A DNA stretch of 61,643 nt, filler included, from Hyphochytrium catenoides (taxonomy: Eukaryota; Protista; Hyphochytriomycota), in assembly GCA_900088475.1 (NCBI GenBank). It is 12 parts of 12 records of this genome, joined end to end, with 100 filler letters (N's around TTAATTAATTAA, not from the genome) between each part and the next. Parts side by side here need not be neighbours in the genome. Positions count along the whole stretch, not along the records: positions 59,461 to 61,643 come from FLMG01004182.1; 11 more parts are not named here. One strand, given 5' to 3'. Below the pieces are notes generated by a model that had not been told where the DNA came from, did no database searches, and saw nothing but the letters and a program-made list of their open reading frames with translations. Of this stretch, positions 59,823 through 61,643 are shown in pieces (within the stretch, counting starts at the first letter, position 1; every line of letters starts with the position of its first letter). A program made the translations under genes and the position numbers.

Positions 59823-61643
59823 GAAAGAGACAGAGGGACAGAGACAGAGGGAGTGAGAGAGAGACAGAAAGAGAGAGACAGAAGAGAGAGACAGAGAGAC
59901 AGGAAGAGAGAAGAAAGCGCGAAAGAAGGGGGCTATGCATGGAGCAAAAGAAGAACACAAACTCTTCCACTTCTGTCGCAGCAGCAGCCGATGCAGCGCG
60001 GACTTCAAGGAAGAGCGGAGAAGTTCAAAACAGAATAAGAGCCGAGCCACGCGCGCGATCTTCACAAGTCAAGATCAACCCCTCGTCTCTCCTGCCAGGA
60101 GGCCGATACTGCCAGATTCACATCTCTCTCTCCATCATTGCCTTCTGTCTCTCCTGATCCTTCTCTTTCTCTCTTTCTCTTGATTGTTCTCTCTCTCTTT
60201 CTCTCTCTCTTTCTCTGTCTTTCTCTCCTGGTCCAAGATGTCAGCCCGCGAGCGCGCGTACATGGACGAAGACAGCGGCGATGAGGCTGTGGCCTCGGCG
60301 GTGATCTGCGTCTTTTTCTCTTCGAAGCAGTTCAAGAGAGAAGTTGGAGGAGCTGTGCTTCGGCCCAGAGCGCGGCGATCCTGTCGCATTGGCGGCTCNN
60401 NNNNNNNNNNNNNNNNNNNNNNNNNNNNNNNNNNNNNNNNNNNNNNNNNNNNNNNNNNNNNNNNNNNNNNNNNNNNNNNNNNNNNNNNNNNNNNNNNNNN
60501 NNNNNNNTATCTATCTATCTATCTATCTATCTGTCTCTGTTTTTATCTCCGTTGCTCTCTTGCTCTCTCTCTCTCTCTCTCTCTATATCTATATCTATCT
60601 GTCTGTCTATCTGTTTTTATCTCCGTTGCTCCTCTCTTTCTCTCTCTTTCTCTTTTTCTCTCTCTCTGATTCTCTCTGGGTGTGTTTGTCTCTGTCTCTC
60701 TCGCTCTTGATCAGGTTGCTATTCCGCGCTTTCTATTCCGTCACTTATGTTCTCTCTGTTCCCTCTCTCAATCCTTGTCTCTCTCTCTCCCTCATCGGCT
60801 TTGGCTGCATTTGCTTCTATTCATCCTTTTCTCTGTCTCTCTCACTGTTCACTGTTGCTCTTTTCCTCGTCCTACTTCGTGCATCTGATCCCTCGTCTCC
60901 ACCTCCCCCACCTTTCTCTCTCCCTCTCTCTGTTTCTCTTCTCTTTGTTCTCTCTCTCTCTTTCCTTCCCCCTGCCTCTCTCTCTCTCTGTTGTGCAGTT
61001 CTCCAACACAGAGTCTCTTCTCATCCAGTCCGGAGCTGCACAGTGCTTCTGGTGCCCTGACGAGGGAGCACAGAGCAAAGGTAGGGACTCTCTCTCTCTC
61101 CCGGCCTCCAAATTTGTCTCTCCCTTTCACTTTGTCGGCCTCTTTCTATAGTTTCTGCTATAGTTTCCTTCTCGCTCTCCCCTTCATGCAGTTTCTTGGC
61201 TGCTTTCCATCCTTTTTCCCCTTGACAGCGCTGCTTTGCACTTCTTTCCTTCTTTGTCCTTTTGTCTCCTGCCTTGCGTTCCCTCTCTGTCAGGTCTCTC
61301 TCTTGTAGTCTCTCTCTCTCTCCCAGTCTCTCTCTCCCCAGTCTTTCTCTCTCCCAGTCTCTCTCTCCCTGTCTCTCTCTCTGTTGTAGGATATCATGCT
61401 CATCCCGGGTGTGCATCTCTTTTGGGGGATCTCTCTCTTTTGTGATACTTCTCTGTCGTCTTGTCTCTCTCTTTCAGAAAAAAAGTATCTCTGTTCCGCA
61501 ATCCCCTCTCCGACTCTATCCTCTGCCTTTATCCCACTTTCTTTCTCGCGCGCGCGCGCCACTCTCTCTCTATATATATGTATGTGCATATTCGCCTTTC
61601 ATTACCGGACAATATTTTTCTTTGCTGATATATCTTCTCTCCC

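Noticed and set aside
60238-61420. Possible 5' exons of a gene (MSARERAYMDEDSGDE...)
   Set aside because: The sequence is fragmentary, interrupted by a gap, and gives no identifiable product.

Overview
This is eukaryotic genomic DNA with GT-AG introns and ciliary genes, probably from a flagellated protist. It is not contiguous: 12 contigs are joined by artificial 100-nt N44-TTAATTAATTAA-N44 linkers, so adjacency across linkers means nothing. Contig 1 holds an atypical cytochrome P450, a kinesin-12/KIF15-like gene, an intronless SLC35A-type nucleotide-sugar transporter and an intronless DUF229 protein. Contigs 2-3 are nests of LTR retrotransposons inside a decayed Copia family. Later contigs hold a ~2,470-aa acidic protein ending in CaaX, an EF-hand/WD40 gene, a multi-pass membrane protein, an RBR E3 ligase, the 3' end of IFT56/TTC26 and part of a short TM-type tRNase Z; several of these sit in (GA/CT)n-rich DNA. 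The most interesting signal is a 259-bp putative LTR (17690-17948, minus) containing an 81-nt tRNA-like Pol III unit whose 3' end plus CCA is complementary to the primer-binding site next to that LTR. This suggests a retrotransposon that encodes its own primer. Second is a gag-only, half-tRNA-primed Copia whose 3' LTR is replaced by a fold-back palindrome while the 5-bp TSD stays intact. All gene models were built by eye and no database searches were run.
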